From: a virus
DNA: 64,000 nt
IMG/VR virus record: IMGVR_UViG_3300037504_000618
Location: 8,038 to 72,037 of that record
Direction: 5' to 3' (one strand)
The notes beneath the pieces are model-generated. The model was not told the DNA's origin. It searched no databases and worked only from the letters and a program-made list of their open reading frames with translations. Made by a program: the position numbers and the translations under genes. How positions within the stretch are numbered: position 1 is the first letter of the stretch; each line of letters starts with the position of its first letter. This document shows positions 8,351 to 17,503 of this stretch, piece by piece.

Positions 8351-10377
8351 CGTTCCTTCTCCCAAGGTCTGGCCCAGTCGGCGGGCCAGTTGCGCACTTG
8401 CCAGCTCCGCACCTGCGTAAGCGGAAAGGGGAGCGAGCACCAGATCTCTTCCCTTCCGCTCATAGGATTGAGGAGCGGGGCGGGCTTATTATCGTTTAAT
8501 TCGCGTCGCCAGCGGCCTTCATTGACGATGAGATCCATGAGCTGTATCAGGCCGGCATCACGGCCCAGCTCGTTGAAGTGCTCCGCGAGATAATCCGTCA
8601 GGGCGCTAAAGTTGCGTTTCCAGGCGGGTGACTCGTTGCCAATGGTGCGTTGATAAGGCAGCCAGCCCAGCGGAGCCCAGACCGCGTGACGGGCAAACTT
8701 GCTCTTCCACAAGATCGGCATCCAGTTATAGAACTCGGTGCGTGTGAAGAGATCGACGTGGATGTCGTATTGACTACTGGGGAGTTGGGGTAGCGCAGAT
8801 TCGGCGAAGGAGAACAGCTCGCAGCGTGTGAGCAAGGTTCCGCCCTGACTGACCAGCAGGCCCATTGCGGGCGCCCGGGGTTCATCGCTTTGAATGACAG
8901 GCTCACGGGCGAAGACGCAAGGCGTGCCCCATTCCTCGATATAGTGGCGGCACTTCTCGCACGTGTGCGCCTGGAAGTGCTGGCGCGTCTCGGCGTCCAT
9001 TTGATAGAGCTGGAACTTGTAGAACGCGGCCAACTTCTCGCGTATTCGATGTAATCTCGTTGTTTTGTGGGACTCATTATCACTATTATGATATGGATGG
9101 GCCTTGCAGGCTGCGTCATAAAGCTTGAGATAGTCCGGGATATTATCGACATAGTAGAATCCATTTCTACGAATTCTTTTTATGTCGATACCAAGCCGGA
9201 GAGCCTGTGACCGCATCTGATAATCCGCGTGCGGCATTACAGGATCCTGCGATCCAATATAATTCCGGCAGATGGGAATGGCGATCCGTTCTGGGAGTGA
9301 TATGTGAGGACGCGGGCAGTGGGAGCTTACCAATGGATGGCGCTCGCGTTCGACGTTGCTGAAAATGCAATCGTGACACGTAAGCCCTTCGGCTTCCACG
9401 TAGTGATTCCACGATGGAACACGTCCCTTGGCTTTCAGTGCTTTAACGACCTCTGTTACACTATCATAACGAATGATATCCTTAACATGAGCATATAAGC
9501 AGGAGATCTGGAGTAATGGCTCCACGTCCGGCTCGCGTGAGCTGGCGTGCCAGAGTTTTAGCGCCCACTGGATCCAGCGCAAGCTATTGCGCTCGCGTGG
9601 CGTGTACTCCTGCGCGGGGTTGATGGCCCAGCGGTTCACATCCGTGAAGCGGGCCACGGCTTTGGTCAACGCCTCGATGTCGCGTGTCGTGGCCCCGTCC
9701 ACGTCCACCTTGCGGATCACGGCCTCCGTCATGCCCTTCTGGAGTTTCTCGGGCACGGAGGCCAGTGCACGCGCGTGGGCCAGACCCAATACGCGCGTAT
9801 TCAGCGCCTCGTGGGCCTGCTCATTGAGCTGAAGCAAGCTCAGACGCTGCGCGATGTAACCCTGGGATTTATTGACGTACTGCGCCAGCTCGCGTTGGGA
9901 CCAGCCATAAGCGTCAATGAGGCCCTGATAGCCGTGGGCCTCTTCCAGGGGGTTGAGGTTGGCACGGTCCAAGTTCTCGACGATGGCGAGGACGTGCAGA
10001 TCCTCCATGGCCATCCCGCGCTTGATGATCGCGGGGACCATGACCTGCGCATCTTTGAGCGTGGCGATCTCCTGGGCGTTGAGGCCCTGCAGGCCCACGT
10101 GGGCCAGGCGACGCACGTATTGCTCCGGGCCATGATTGTCGTAGCGCTCGCCCAGGGCCAGGCCCAGCAGGGCGCGGGTGCGACGCTCCCCGGCGACCAG
10201 CTCGTAGACGGTATAGCCGTCCGCGTCCGGCTCGTCAAAGACGGTCACGGGGTTGATGAGTCCGTGGTCGTCAATGGACTGCGCCAGCTCCCAGAGCGCG
10301 TCCTCGTCGAACGCGCGTCGGGGTTGCCAACGCGAGGGCTTGATCAGCCAAGCGGGGACTTGTTCGATCTCTGTCAT
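8347..10377 (-). CDS. ParB/Spo0J-family protein with long Cys-rich C-terminal extension
   Basis: QPRRAFD, LAQSI..HGLINP, AGERR, ENLDRANLNPLEEA, HTH; two CxxC clusters in the C-terminal half. Confidence 0.85.
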   Translation of the reverse strand: MTEIEQVPAWLIKPSRWQPRRAFDEDALWELAQSIDDHGLINPVTVFDEPDADGYTVYELVAGERRTRALLGLALGERYDNHGPEQYVRRLAHVGLQGLNAQEIATLKDAQVMVPAIIKRGMAMEDLHVLAIVENLDRANLNPLEEAHGYQGLIDAYGWSQRELAQYVNKSQGYIAQRLSLLQLNEQAHEALNTRVLGLAHARALASVPEKLQKGMTEAVIRKVDVDGATTRDIEALTKAVARFTDVNRWAINPAQEYTPRERNSLRWIQWALKLWHASSREPDVEPLLQISCLYAHVKDIIRYDSVTEVVKALKAKGRVPSWNHYVEAEGLTCHDCIFSNVERERHPLVSSHCPRPHISLPERIAIPICRNYIGSQDPVMPHADYQMRSQALRLGIDIKRIRRNGFYYVDNIPDYLKLYDAACKAHPYHNSDNESHKTTRLHRIREKLAAFYKFQLYQMDAETRQHFQAHTCEKCRHYIEEWGTPCVFAREPVIQSDEPRAPAMGLLVSQGGTLLTRCELFSFAESALPQLPSSQYDIHVDLFTRTEFYNWMPILWKSKFARHAVWAPLGWLPYQRTIGNESPAWKRNFSALTDYLAEHFNELGRDAGLIQLMDLIVNEGRWRRELNDNKPAPLLNPMSGREEIWCSLPFPLTQVRSWQVRNWPADWARPWEKER

Positions 10378-10674
10378 AATGCTCCTAATTCCTTTCTGAT
10401 GATGAGTGAAGCCCCCTCTTGCCCGGCGGATGGTGGGCCGCCGGGCTTTGTAAGGAGGGTCCCCGGTATCACGTAAGCCGGGGAGCTAGAGGGCGTATGA
10501 TAAGGCCATACGCCCTCTAGCTCCCATTCCTGCGTGAGCTGCGGGATCGTCACTTGGCGACGACTCCGTAGCGCGTCTGCGGCGTGATGCGACCGGTTTG
10601 CACGTCGTACCATGCGCGCAGGTGGCCCAGGAGATCGCCGGTGATTAAGCTGTCCAATATGACTCTGAGTAATT

Positions 10675-10914
10675 CTAACATTGTGCCCCTCCCAGATATT
10701 TATTGATAGCGCTTTGCCTAAGATCGTAGAAATCTAAGGCCCATTCGCGCCTGATTGGATTCATCCGACGCTGAATTTCAGCATAAACGCAAGGGTCAAT
10801 AAAACCACCTTCGTATAAGTTCTGTAGTAATTCGGCGTCACTCATTTTTCTGACGCGCGCTTCCTCGCCCGGAGGCGCTGTTATCGGACCGATTGGTGTT
10901 TGCAGGGTCAACAT
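10675..10914 (-). CDS. Hypothetical protein
   Basis: Coupled ORF. Confidence 0.5.
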   Translation of the reverse strand: MLTLQTPIGPITAPPGEEARVRKMSDAELLQNLYEGGFIDPCVYAEIQRRMNPIRREWALDFYDLRQSAINKYLGGAQC

Positions 10915-11189
10915 GATTCTTCCTCCAATACTTGGCGTGCTGCATCGAGAAGGACACGCAATACGCGGACGTTGACTAGGGCCAGCATCCCCGGATATTG
11001 CTCATAGTCCGGCGGGGTCAGGTGGACCGGAATATCCTTTTCGACGATGCGCGCGGCGCAATGCTCAAAGTGCGCCAAGTGCTCCGGCGTCAACTCGAAC
11101 GGGTTTTGGTCAACGTACTGGCGTCGCTGTCGGCGGGATGCCACCCCCGTTTTCTGTCCGATGAGACGATATGACGATGATCCTTTCAT
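10908..11189 (-). CDS. Hypothetical protein
   Basis: Coupled ORF with GGAGG RBS. Confidence 0.6.
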   Translation of the reverse strand: MKGSSSYRLIGQKTGVASRRQRRQYVDQNPFELTPEHLAHFEHCAARIVEKDIPVHLTPPDYEQYPGMLALVNVRVLRVLLDAARQVLEEESC

Positions 11190-11416
11190 CGTGTTTGCCT
11201 CCTTAGCCCCTTGAGGAAGCGGGCTTTTAAGCTTTTGCGGGTCATTTGATTGTAGGCGCTGAGGACGTTCAGCGCTCTAATGAGCTGCGCTTGGAGCGCG
11301 ATGACGTAGGCCAAGATGCCCAGGGCTTCCTCGCGGGTGAGGCTGTCGCGCTCACCGTCGAGGAGCGCGTCAAAGAGGGCGTCGATTTCGTTTTTGGCTA
11401 GCATCAGTCGCTCCAA
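11186..11416 (-). CDS. Hypothetical protein
   Basis: Coupled ORF; start uncertain. Confidence 0.55.
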   Translation of the reverse strand: MERLMLAKNEIDALFDALLDGERDSLTREEALGILAYVIALQAQLIRALNVLSAYNQMTRKSLKARFLKGLRRQTR

Positions 11417-12435
11417 TTGGTCTTTTCGACGGCGGCTTGTAAGTCCGCCTCGCTGGGCATCGTATACAAGCGTGTGGTGTCCAGATTCTCATGGCCCATC
11501 AGTGCGGCCACGCGCTCCAGGCCCACGCCCGCGTCCACGAGATTCTTGCCGAAGCAATGGCGCAGGGTGTGCGGATGGATGTCCTCCATCCCGCCGCGAT
11601 CCGCCAGAACGTAGATGCGCCCGGCGCAGGCGCGCTTGCTTAAGCGCCCGCCCTTCTGCGAGATGAAGAGGGCCGTCTCGTCGTCCGCTGCGACGTGACC
11701 GCGCACTTCAAGCCACGCGCTGAGGGCTTTGCGCGTGTCCTTGTTCAGGGGGACGGTGCGCGTTTTGTTGCCCTTGCCCTGCCGCACGATTAGCTTGCCG
11801 CTGCGGGGGTTGATCTCGATGTCTCCCACGTCCAAGGCTGCGGCTTCGCTGATGCGCAAGCCCGCGCCGAAAAGGACGTAGAAGATGGCCTTATCCCGCT
11901 TGGGCCAGAGGTTGCTAGGCGCGGCCTCATCCCCGGCAGCACGCAGCTCGCCAAGCTGGACGTTCTCATCAATAGCGCGCAGGAGCTTGTATTGCTCCGG
12001 GCGCTCAAGCCACTTGAGGGGCTTGTCCTGGATCTTGAGGCCGCCGATGCCGTCCGTGGGGTCGTGCTGGGCATGGCCCGTGGTCTGTGCCCAGGCGGCG
12101 AAGGCGGAGAACCCGCTCAAGTAGTTGTTGACGCTGGCAGCGGCAAGGCGTTTCGCCAGATCGTCGCGCCACATCCGCACATCGAAGGACGTGACGTTGA
12201 CCGGCTGAAAGCCTTTCCCATTATTCAGTTCAAACCATTCCACGAAATTGCTTGCTCCTATGACGTAAGCCCGAACCGTCGCTGAGGAGATATCTCTTCC
12301 TCGCAAATGCGCCTCGAACTCCGCCATGTAGTCGACCGTCTCGGCGACCGGCAGGTCGAGGATCGAGGGCGCTTTTTCCTCGATTGACAATTCGCACGTT
12401 TGTTCTATAATCTCTGTTGAGTGTCTCTTTCCCAT
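11404..12435 (-). CDS. XerC/D-like tyrosine recombinase
   Basis: GLRISE, GKGNK, HTLRH, MGH and RLY catalytic set intact; AAAGGAG RBS before ATG 12435. Confidence 0.93.
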   Translation of the reverse strand: MGKRHSTEIIEQTCELSIEEKAPSILDLPVAETVDYMAEFEAHLRGRDISSATVRAYVIGASNFVEWFELNNGKGFQPVNVTSFDVRMWRDDLAKRLAAASVNNYLSGFSAFAAWAQTTGHAQHDPTDGIGGLKIQDKPLKWLERPEQYKLLRAIDENVQLGELRAAGDEAAPSNLWPKRDKAIFYVLFGAGLRISEAAALDVGDIEINPRSGKLIVRQGKGNKTRTVPLNKDTRKALSAWLEVRGHVAADDETALFISQKGGRLSKRACAGRIYVLADRGGMEDIHPHTLRHCFGKNLVDAGVGLERVAALMGHENLDTTRLYTMPSEADLQAAVEKTNWSD

Positions 12436-12486
12436 CGGATACTCCTTTTTCCGTGATGGCCCTGCCCCAAGCAGGGCCATTTTTTA
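12384..12486 (+). ncRNA. Candidate LexA-controlled antisense sRNA unit (promoter to terminator)
   Basis: TTGACA 12384, TATAAT 12406, GAAC-N4-GTGC box in the spacer, hairpin plus T tract 12456-12486. Confidence 0.5.
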
Positions 12487-12795
12487 TAGGCTGGGTTTCT
12501 GTTGATTAAGCCAGCGTATAATAATGGATGAGTTCGCGTCCACATCTTGACGATAGCGTGCTTGCGCCGCTACGTTCAATGCTAGCTTATCAAGGTTGCC
12601 CATAGCGTGGATCGCCAATGAAACCATGTCCATGGCCCAGGTATTTATGCTTGCCATTTTCTCAACGTGAGCCACATGACCAGGTTCATATTCCACGGCG
12701 GCCACAAATGACATATCGTTATCGGCGCAGCGTTGCGCTAGTTCTCTCAATTTCGGTGCGACTTCGTTATCGTAAAAGTCCTCTTTTGTTTGCAT
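12484..12795 (-). CDS. Hypothetical protein
   Basis: GAGGAG RBS. Confidence 0.7.
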   Translation of the reverse strand: MQTKEDFYDNEVAPKLRELAQRCADNDMSFVAAVEYEPGHVAHVEKMASINTWAMDMVSLAIHAMGNLDKLALNVAAQARYRQDVDANSSIIIRWLNQQKPSL

Positions 12796-12807
12796 GTTCT
12801 CCTCTCT

Positions 12808-13806
12808 TTAAGCGGTGCTTCCCTTCCGATAATGCACCTTATCGGAATGGCCGTTATTTTTCTCCAAGGCGGCCCGCACGGGACCGCCCAAATGCTTCGC
12901 GGGATTGTTGCGTTCTAGATCGCGCACGCGGGCGTAGATCTCGGTGGTCTGGATGCTGGCGTGGCCTAGCATCTCCTTGATGTAGCGCATCTCTTCATGG
13001 TCCATAGCGTGGGTGGCGAAGGAGTGGCGCAGGCTGTGGCATGAGACCCCCGGCCGCTTGAGCCCCGCGAGCTCTAGGTAGTGGTCAACCGTGAGGCGCA
13101 CTGCCCGCAGGCTGAGACGCTGCGGTAGGCCCTCACGATTGTGATGCATATTCACGAAGACGGCCTTTGTTTCCGGCCCCATGAGCATACGATACTTGAG
13201 CCACAGCTTCATGATGCTGTGGAGCTCCTCATTCATGGGGACCGCGCGCATCTTGCGACCTTTGCCCACGATGGTAAGCCGCTTGTTCTCCAGGTCCACG
13301 TCGCCAACGTTCATACCTGCGACCTCCATCGTGCGCAGCCCGCCCAGGTACATGCAGGCCAGCATGGCGAGGTCACGGACGCCTTTGGGTGTGTGGGGAT
13401 TGGGCAGCTCGAAGAGGCGGGTGATGTCGCGCTCCGACAAGTACTTGATCTTAGCGGCGCGATCTTTCTTGTCCTCTGGGGCTTCGAGATCGTGGGCGGG
13501 GTTGCGGTCGAGGAGATCGCGGGCGGTGAGCATGTCGTAGTAGGTGCGCAGGCTGGCGATCTTGCGGGCGACGGTACTGGCGGCGTATTCCTCCACCAGC
13601 CAGGCGCGATAGTCGGCCAGGTCCTCGGCATCCACGGCGAGGAAGGGGACGCCCTCCTCGTCGAGCCAGGTGAGATGCTGCGCGACGTCCGTGCTGTAGT
13701 TGCGCAGGGTGATCGGCGCGGGGTTGCCGCGCGCGACGTGGCCCTTGCACCACTGGCGGAATTCCCCCAGGAGTTTTCCGGAGGTGATGAGTTCAGCCGC
13801 TTGCAT
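12808..13806 (-). CDS. XerC/D-like tyrosine recombinase
   Basis: GLRTME, GKGRK, HSLRH, LGH and EIY motifs intact. Confidence 0.93.
   Translation of the reverse strand: MQAAELITSGKLLGEFRQWCKGHVARGNPAPITLRNYSTDVAQHLTWLDEEGVPFLAVDAEDLADYRAWLVEEYAASTVARKIASLRTYYDMLTARDLLDRNPAHDLEAPEDKKDRAAKIKYLSERDITRLFELPNPHTPKGVRDLAMLACMYLGGLRTMEVAGMNVGDVDLENKRLTIVGKGRKMRAVPMNEELHSIMKLWLKYRMLMGPETKAVFVNMHHNREGLPQRLSLRAVRLTVDHYLELAGLKRPGVSCHSLRHSFATHAMDHEEMRYIKEMLGHASIQTTEIYARVRDLERNNPAKHLGGPVRAALEKNNGHSDKVHYRKGSTA
12824..12847. other. dif-like site TTCCGATAA-tgcacc-TTATCGGAA
   Basis: Perfect 9-bp inverted arms with a 6-bp spacer in the 3' end of the recombinase gene. Confidence 0.65.
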
Positions 13807-14368
13807 GGCCGTCCTCGGCTTCCGGCATGCGCCACTGTGTGGCGAGACGACAGATCGCTTGGGAGATCATGGCCTCGTGTTCGCGGTCGATCTCGTGCTC
13901 GTGTTTGAGCCCCTTGAGATCCTCGAGACACTGCTTGAATTCCTCTTGGGGCAGCTTGGTGAGCTGCTCGATGATTCTGAGCAATTCGCGCAAGAGCATC
14001 TCGTATTCCTCGCGCTTCTTGATGTCCACGACGTGGCCCTCGAAGGCCAGCGTCAGTGCGCCTTTCGGCAGGCCGATGACGCGCTCGGCGAAGGTCCAGG
14101 CGTTTTCCCCATCCGCGCTTTGTAGCAGATAGGAGAGGGAATTTTCCTGGAGCATGTGGGCGCGTTGTTCATCGCCATCCCGCGTGAGCAGGAGAGCGAA
14201 CTCGCGTTCATCCAGCAGCATGCTGTATTTGTCGTGTCCCGCTTCCTCGTGTGTGAGGTGCTGCGCACAGAGCTTCTGCGGGATCACGTGCCGCAGCGAT
14301 ATCTTCACGCCCATCTGCTGCACGTGGTCGTTGTTTCTGGTTTCAAAGACTACGGTTCTGGCTGTCAT
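13793..14368 (-). CDS. Hypothetical protein
   Basis: AGAAAGGAG RBS; coiled-coil C-terminus. Confidence 0.7.
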   Translation of the reverse strand: MTARTVVFETRNNDHVQQMGVKISLRHVIPQKLCAQHLTHEEAGHDKYSMLLDEREFALLLTRDGDEQRAHMLQENSLSYLLQSADGENAWTFAERVIGLPKGALTLAFEGHVVDIKKREEYEMLLRELLRIIEQLTKLPQEEFKQCLEDLKGLKHEHEIDREHEAMISQAICRLATQWRMPEAEDGHASG

Positions 14369-14369
14369 C

Positions 14370-14639
14370 TTACTCCTTTCTGTTGTGATACCGCCGCTCG
14401 GCTTGTTTCTGGGCCAGTAGCTCGCCCAGGAGTTCCTGCGCGCGGTCGGCTTGATCTACGATCCGGGAGAGTTCTGCTTGTCCCGGATCCACAAGCGCGC
14501 TCAACTGTGGCGCGCGCCTGTGGATCTGGCGCAAGCGGATGGCTAAGAAGCCGGTGGCCTTGAGGACGTCGGCCAGGGCCATGCTGGCCGACTCCAAGCG
14601 CTTGAGTTCCTCGGATTGGGCCTTGGTGGGTCTAGCCAC
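14370..14639 (-). CDS. Hypothetical helical protein
   Basis: GTG start at 14639 after GAGGAG. Confidence 0.55.
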   Translation of the reverse strand: MARPTKAQSEELKRLESASMALADVLKATGFLAIRLRQIHRRAPQLSALVDPGQAELSRIVDQADRAQELLGELLAQKQAERRYHNRKE

Positions 14640-14997
14640 GGGCCAGCTCCTCGAGGTCATGCACGTCCTCCGTGAGGGCGCGTTTCTCGTGAAGCGTGTC
14701 GATGACGTAGGGGATGACAGTGCCGATGCCCGCTGAGCAGGCGCAGGCACAGAGGTAGAGGACGGCGTGCCAGATGTTGACGGTGAGGATGCCTTCCTCG
14801 ACGCGCAGGAGCGCGCCCAGAGCACAGCCGATAATAATGGTCAGCGTGCCGTGGGTGTAGGCAGGCACGCGCCGGAGTCTCCCGCACGCGTTGGTGATCC
14901 CCGGGATGATGGCCCAGGGGAACCAGTGCGCGCCCCAGTTGAGTGAGGCGACGACCAAGAATACTATGCCGTCTGCCCTGTTTAGTTCAATTCCCAT
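14632..14997 (-). CDS. Multi-pass membrane protein
   Basis: Three hydrophobic segments. Confidence 0.65.
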   Translation of the reverse strand: MGIELNRADGIVFLVVASLNWGAHWFPWAIIPGITNACGRLRRVPAYTHGTLTIIIGCALGALLRVEEGILTVNIWHAVLYLCACACSAGIGTVIPYVIDTLHEKRALTEDVHDLEELARG

Positions 14998-15134
14998 CGT
15001 AAACCCCCATTTTTCGTTAAGTTCTCGTATAATGAATATAGAACCTTAAAACTTTGTTTGTGGGCGGTCGGGTCTACGTCCGACCGCCCCGGTTGATATG
15101 TCCCAAACCTAAACCAACACTTCTGCTACTTCTC

Positions 15135-15252
15135 CCGCGCCACACGGGGATAGAATCGTTGCAGGCCGTGGCCGCCTATCAAGCTTAAAGCACAGATTTT
15201 GTTTACACTCCGCGCCACACGGAGATAGAATCGTTTTAGGCCGTGGCCGCCT
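15135..15252. repeat. Two 43-bp direct repeats separated by a 32-bp unique spacer
   Basis: CCGCGCCACACGGRGATAGAATCGTTnnAGGCCGTGGCCGCCT at 15135 and 15210. Confidence 0.85.
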
Positions 15253-15478
15253 CTTCAGATATATCCCTAAGATTATTCGCTTGGGTGCTGAGCGTGTTTG
15301 CTCGGTAGCAACTCCTTTCTGGGTTTCTAAGTGTTTCCCTCTCGGTGCCGGGCCGGGTGCCCCAACCCGACCCGACACCTTCACAAAAAGGAGGAAAACA
15401 GATGAACAGCCCCGGCGTGAGCGGGGGCGGGCGGCGGCCCACGTCACTTGATGCGGGTGGGTCGCTCCCCGCCACGGC

Positions 15479-15784
15479 TCACGCTTCCATGTCGGCATCG
15501 GCGGCTCCTGCGGGGACGGGGGCGACTTTGTTTTGTTGAAGCACTTCATTTAATTCTTGGGCAATAGCTTCGGCGGTGATTTGCCGAACTGATCTCTCAT
15601 CACCCGCAAGCACGCGAACGGCGCGCTCTACGGGAGGGTTGATGCGTTCGTAGTAGGCGATGCCGATGTCGATGAGGTTCCGCAGCATGCTGGAGCGGGT
15701 GCGCCCCTCTTGCTGTGCCAGATCGTCAATGGTCCGGATCTGCTGCTTATTTGATACGAACGCTATGGTGTATTCACTTGGCAT
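15479..15784 (-). CDS. Ribbon-helix-helix (CopG-like) regulator in the Cro position
   Basis: TIAFV...IDDLAQQEGRTRSSMLRNLI; divergent from the XRE repressor. Confidence 0.75.
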   Translation of the reverse strand: MPSEYTIAFVSNKQQIRTIDDLAQQEGRTRSSMLRNLIDIGIAYYERINPPVERAVRVLAGDERSVRQITAEAIAQELNEVLQQNKVAPVPAGAADADMEA

Positions 15785-15794
15785 TATTGCCTCC

Positions 15795-15860
15795 TGTTCT
15801 CTTTTGAGATTAATTGTCCTCTTTAGAGAACAGTATACATCAAGCGGTTTTATTTGTCAA
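15795..15860 (-). promoter_or_regulatory. Leftward early promoter with operator-like repeats
   Basis: TTGACA-17-TATACT on the minus strand; TGTYCTC-N4-GAGA repeats at 15795 and 15815. Confidence 0.7.
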
Positions 15861-15916
15861 TACCCAAAAACGCTTTGTATACAAAAAAGGACGGATTTTA
15901 TGGGACAATGTAATAA

Positions 15917-16306
15917 ATGAGTGACACTTTGTCAACTTGGGTGAACAGTGAATTGGGAAAACGTGGTTGGTCAATCCGTGAATTGGCGCGTCGTGCTGAT
16001 ATATCGCCATCTTATGCATCACGGATTGCCAATGGTGAAGTGACGCCTAGCGCGGATATATGTGTGAGTATTGCTAAGGCATTAAGTATACCACCGGGGA
16101 TTGTTTTCCAGAAAGCGGGTTACTTACCAAAAACTCCTGCAGGTGAAGATGACGATGAACTGCAGGAGCTTTATATGGCGGCTAAGCTACTGGATCACAA
16201 GGGCCGGCGTCAGGTTCGCGAGTACATTGAGTTTTGCTATCAGAAGCAAATAGAACGCGAGCGTACAGCCAACGACGGAAGCCTGCCGGCCACCTCCGAC
16301 GCATAA
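15917..16306 (+). CDS. XRE-family HTH repressor (CI-like, no S24 domain)
   Basis: WSIRELARRADISPSYASRIANG...IAKAL. Confidence 0.88.
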   Translation: MSDTLSTWVNSELGKRGWSIRELARRADISPSYASRIANGEVTPSADICVSIAKALSIPPGIVFQKAGYLPKTPAGEDDDELQELYMAAKLLDHKGRRQVREYIEFCYQKQIERERTANDGSLPATSDA

Positions 16307-16452
16307 GCCACCAGTATCCGGCGCTTAGACAAGGACAACGATCAATGATGTTAAAGATGAAACGACGCATAAACACACCTCCTTGATAGTAAGATTGAGG
16401 CATGTTATTAAGAAATATTGTCATGTGTACCCCGAAATAACAAAGGAGATCT

Positions 16453-17313
16453 ATGAAACGCTATCGTTTGCTGGCCCTGCTGTTTATTGCTCTGCTCTGC
16501 GCGTGTGGGGGGAAAGACACGCCTGAATCGACCGCGACGTCCAGGCCCACAAACACGCTGGTGGTTAGGCAGGTTTCGCCCACGCCTTCAGCGACGATAT
16601 TTTTCGCACCCACGGCAACGCCGGTACCAACCGCGACGCCAGTGCCTACAGCGGTGCCGACGGATACACCGATGCCGCCCGACACGCCCACCGCGACGGT
16701 GCAGGCCACTGCGACCGAGGAGGCTACAGCCTTGCCAGAGGATTGTTGGGACGCGCAATACGTCGCCGACGTGACGATCCCGGACGGGACGCGCCTGGAT
16801 CCGGGGGAGGTGTTCGTCAAGACGTGGCGGGTGCGCAATACGGGCGCGTGTGCGTGGGAAGGGGTGACGTTGCAGGCTAAGGGGCTTTCGCCCGTGGACG
16901 TGCCAGAGGTGGCGGTGGGTGCGGAGGCGGAGGTCAGTGTACAGTTGCAAGCCCCTGCGGCGGAGGGGGAGTATACCGCCGTGTGGTATTTCGTGGCCCC
17001 GGACGGGACCAACTTCGGGCGCTTGACGAGCGTGATCAGGGTAGGGGACCCGGCGACGGCTGTACCACGGGCCACGGCAACGAGCGCCCCGGCAGCACCA
17101 CCGCCCACGGCGACGAGTGCACCAGTGGCCCCGCAGCCGACGGCGACCACGGCGGCGGTGTGTGAGTGTGGCGGTGATACGTACAACTGTGGGGATTTTT
17201 CAAGGCAAGCGCAGGCGCAGGCCTGCTATAACTACTGCGTTTCGATAGGGCGTGGTGATATTCACCGCCTGGATCGGGATAATGATGGGGTGGTGTGCGA
17301 GAGTTTGCCTTAG
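16453..17313 (+). CDS. Lipoprotein with NBR1-Ig-like and Excalibur-like Ca-binding domains
   Basis: Lipobox LCAC, PTATP linkers, ADVTIPDGT..KTWRVRNTG, LDRDNDGVVCE. Confidence 0.8.
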   Translation: MKRYRLLALLFIALLCACGGKDTPESTATSRPTNTLVVRQVSPTPSATIFFAPTATPVPTATPVPTAVPTDTPMPPDTPTATVQATATEEATALPEDCWDAQYVADVTIPDGTRLDPGEVFVKTWRVRNTGACAWEGVTLQAKGLSPVDVPEVAVGAEAEVSVQLQAPAAEGEYTAVWYFVAPDGTNFGRLTSVIRVGDPATAVPRATATSAPAAPPPTATSAPVAPQPTATTAAVCECGGDTYNCGDFSRQAQAQACYNYCVSIGRGDIHRLDRDNDGVVCESLP

Positions 17314-17335
17314 TATGAAGATTATCGGAATGTAG

Positions 17336-17360
17336 AAAACGCCCCGTTAAGGGGCGTTTT
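17336..17360. terminator. Bidirectional terminator-like hairpin
   Basis: AAAACGCCCC-gttaa-GGGGCGTTTT. Confidence 0.65.
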
Positions 17361-17457
17361 GATGCTGTTAGCGTCTACACGGGGGAAGATCTGGGCAGGT
17401 AACACGGCTTGGCGAAAATGGTACCCGTGTGGCGTGGTGCGTGGGCTAGCGGGTAAC

Positions 17458-17503
17458 CGGTTCACATCCGTGAGGTCCAGAGTTCGAGTCTCTGCTCGCC
17501 CAC
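17458..17503 (+). other. attP core: 3' half of tRNA-Val(CAC)
   Basis: CGG-TTCACAT-CCGTG-AGGTC-CAGAG-TTCGAGT-CTCTG-CTCGCCC-AC; no D arm or 5' acceptor strand; 174 bp before the integrase. Confidence 0.85.

Noticed and set aside
15135-15252. Bona fide CRISPR array
   Set aside because: Only two repeats, atypical length and no cas genes; kept as a hypothesis only.
17336-17360. Ninth tripartite element
   Set aside because: The arm-like sequence lacks the 6-bp spacer geometry and the third arm; it fits a simple terminator.
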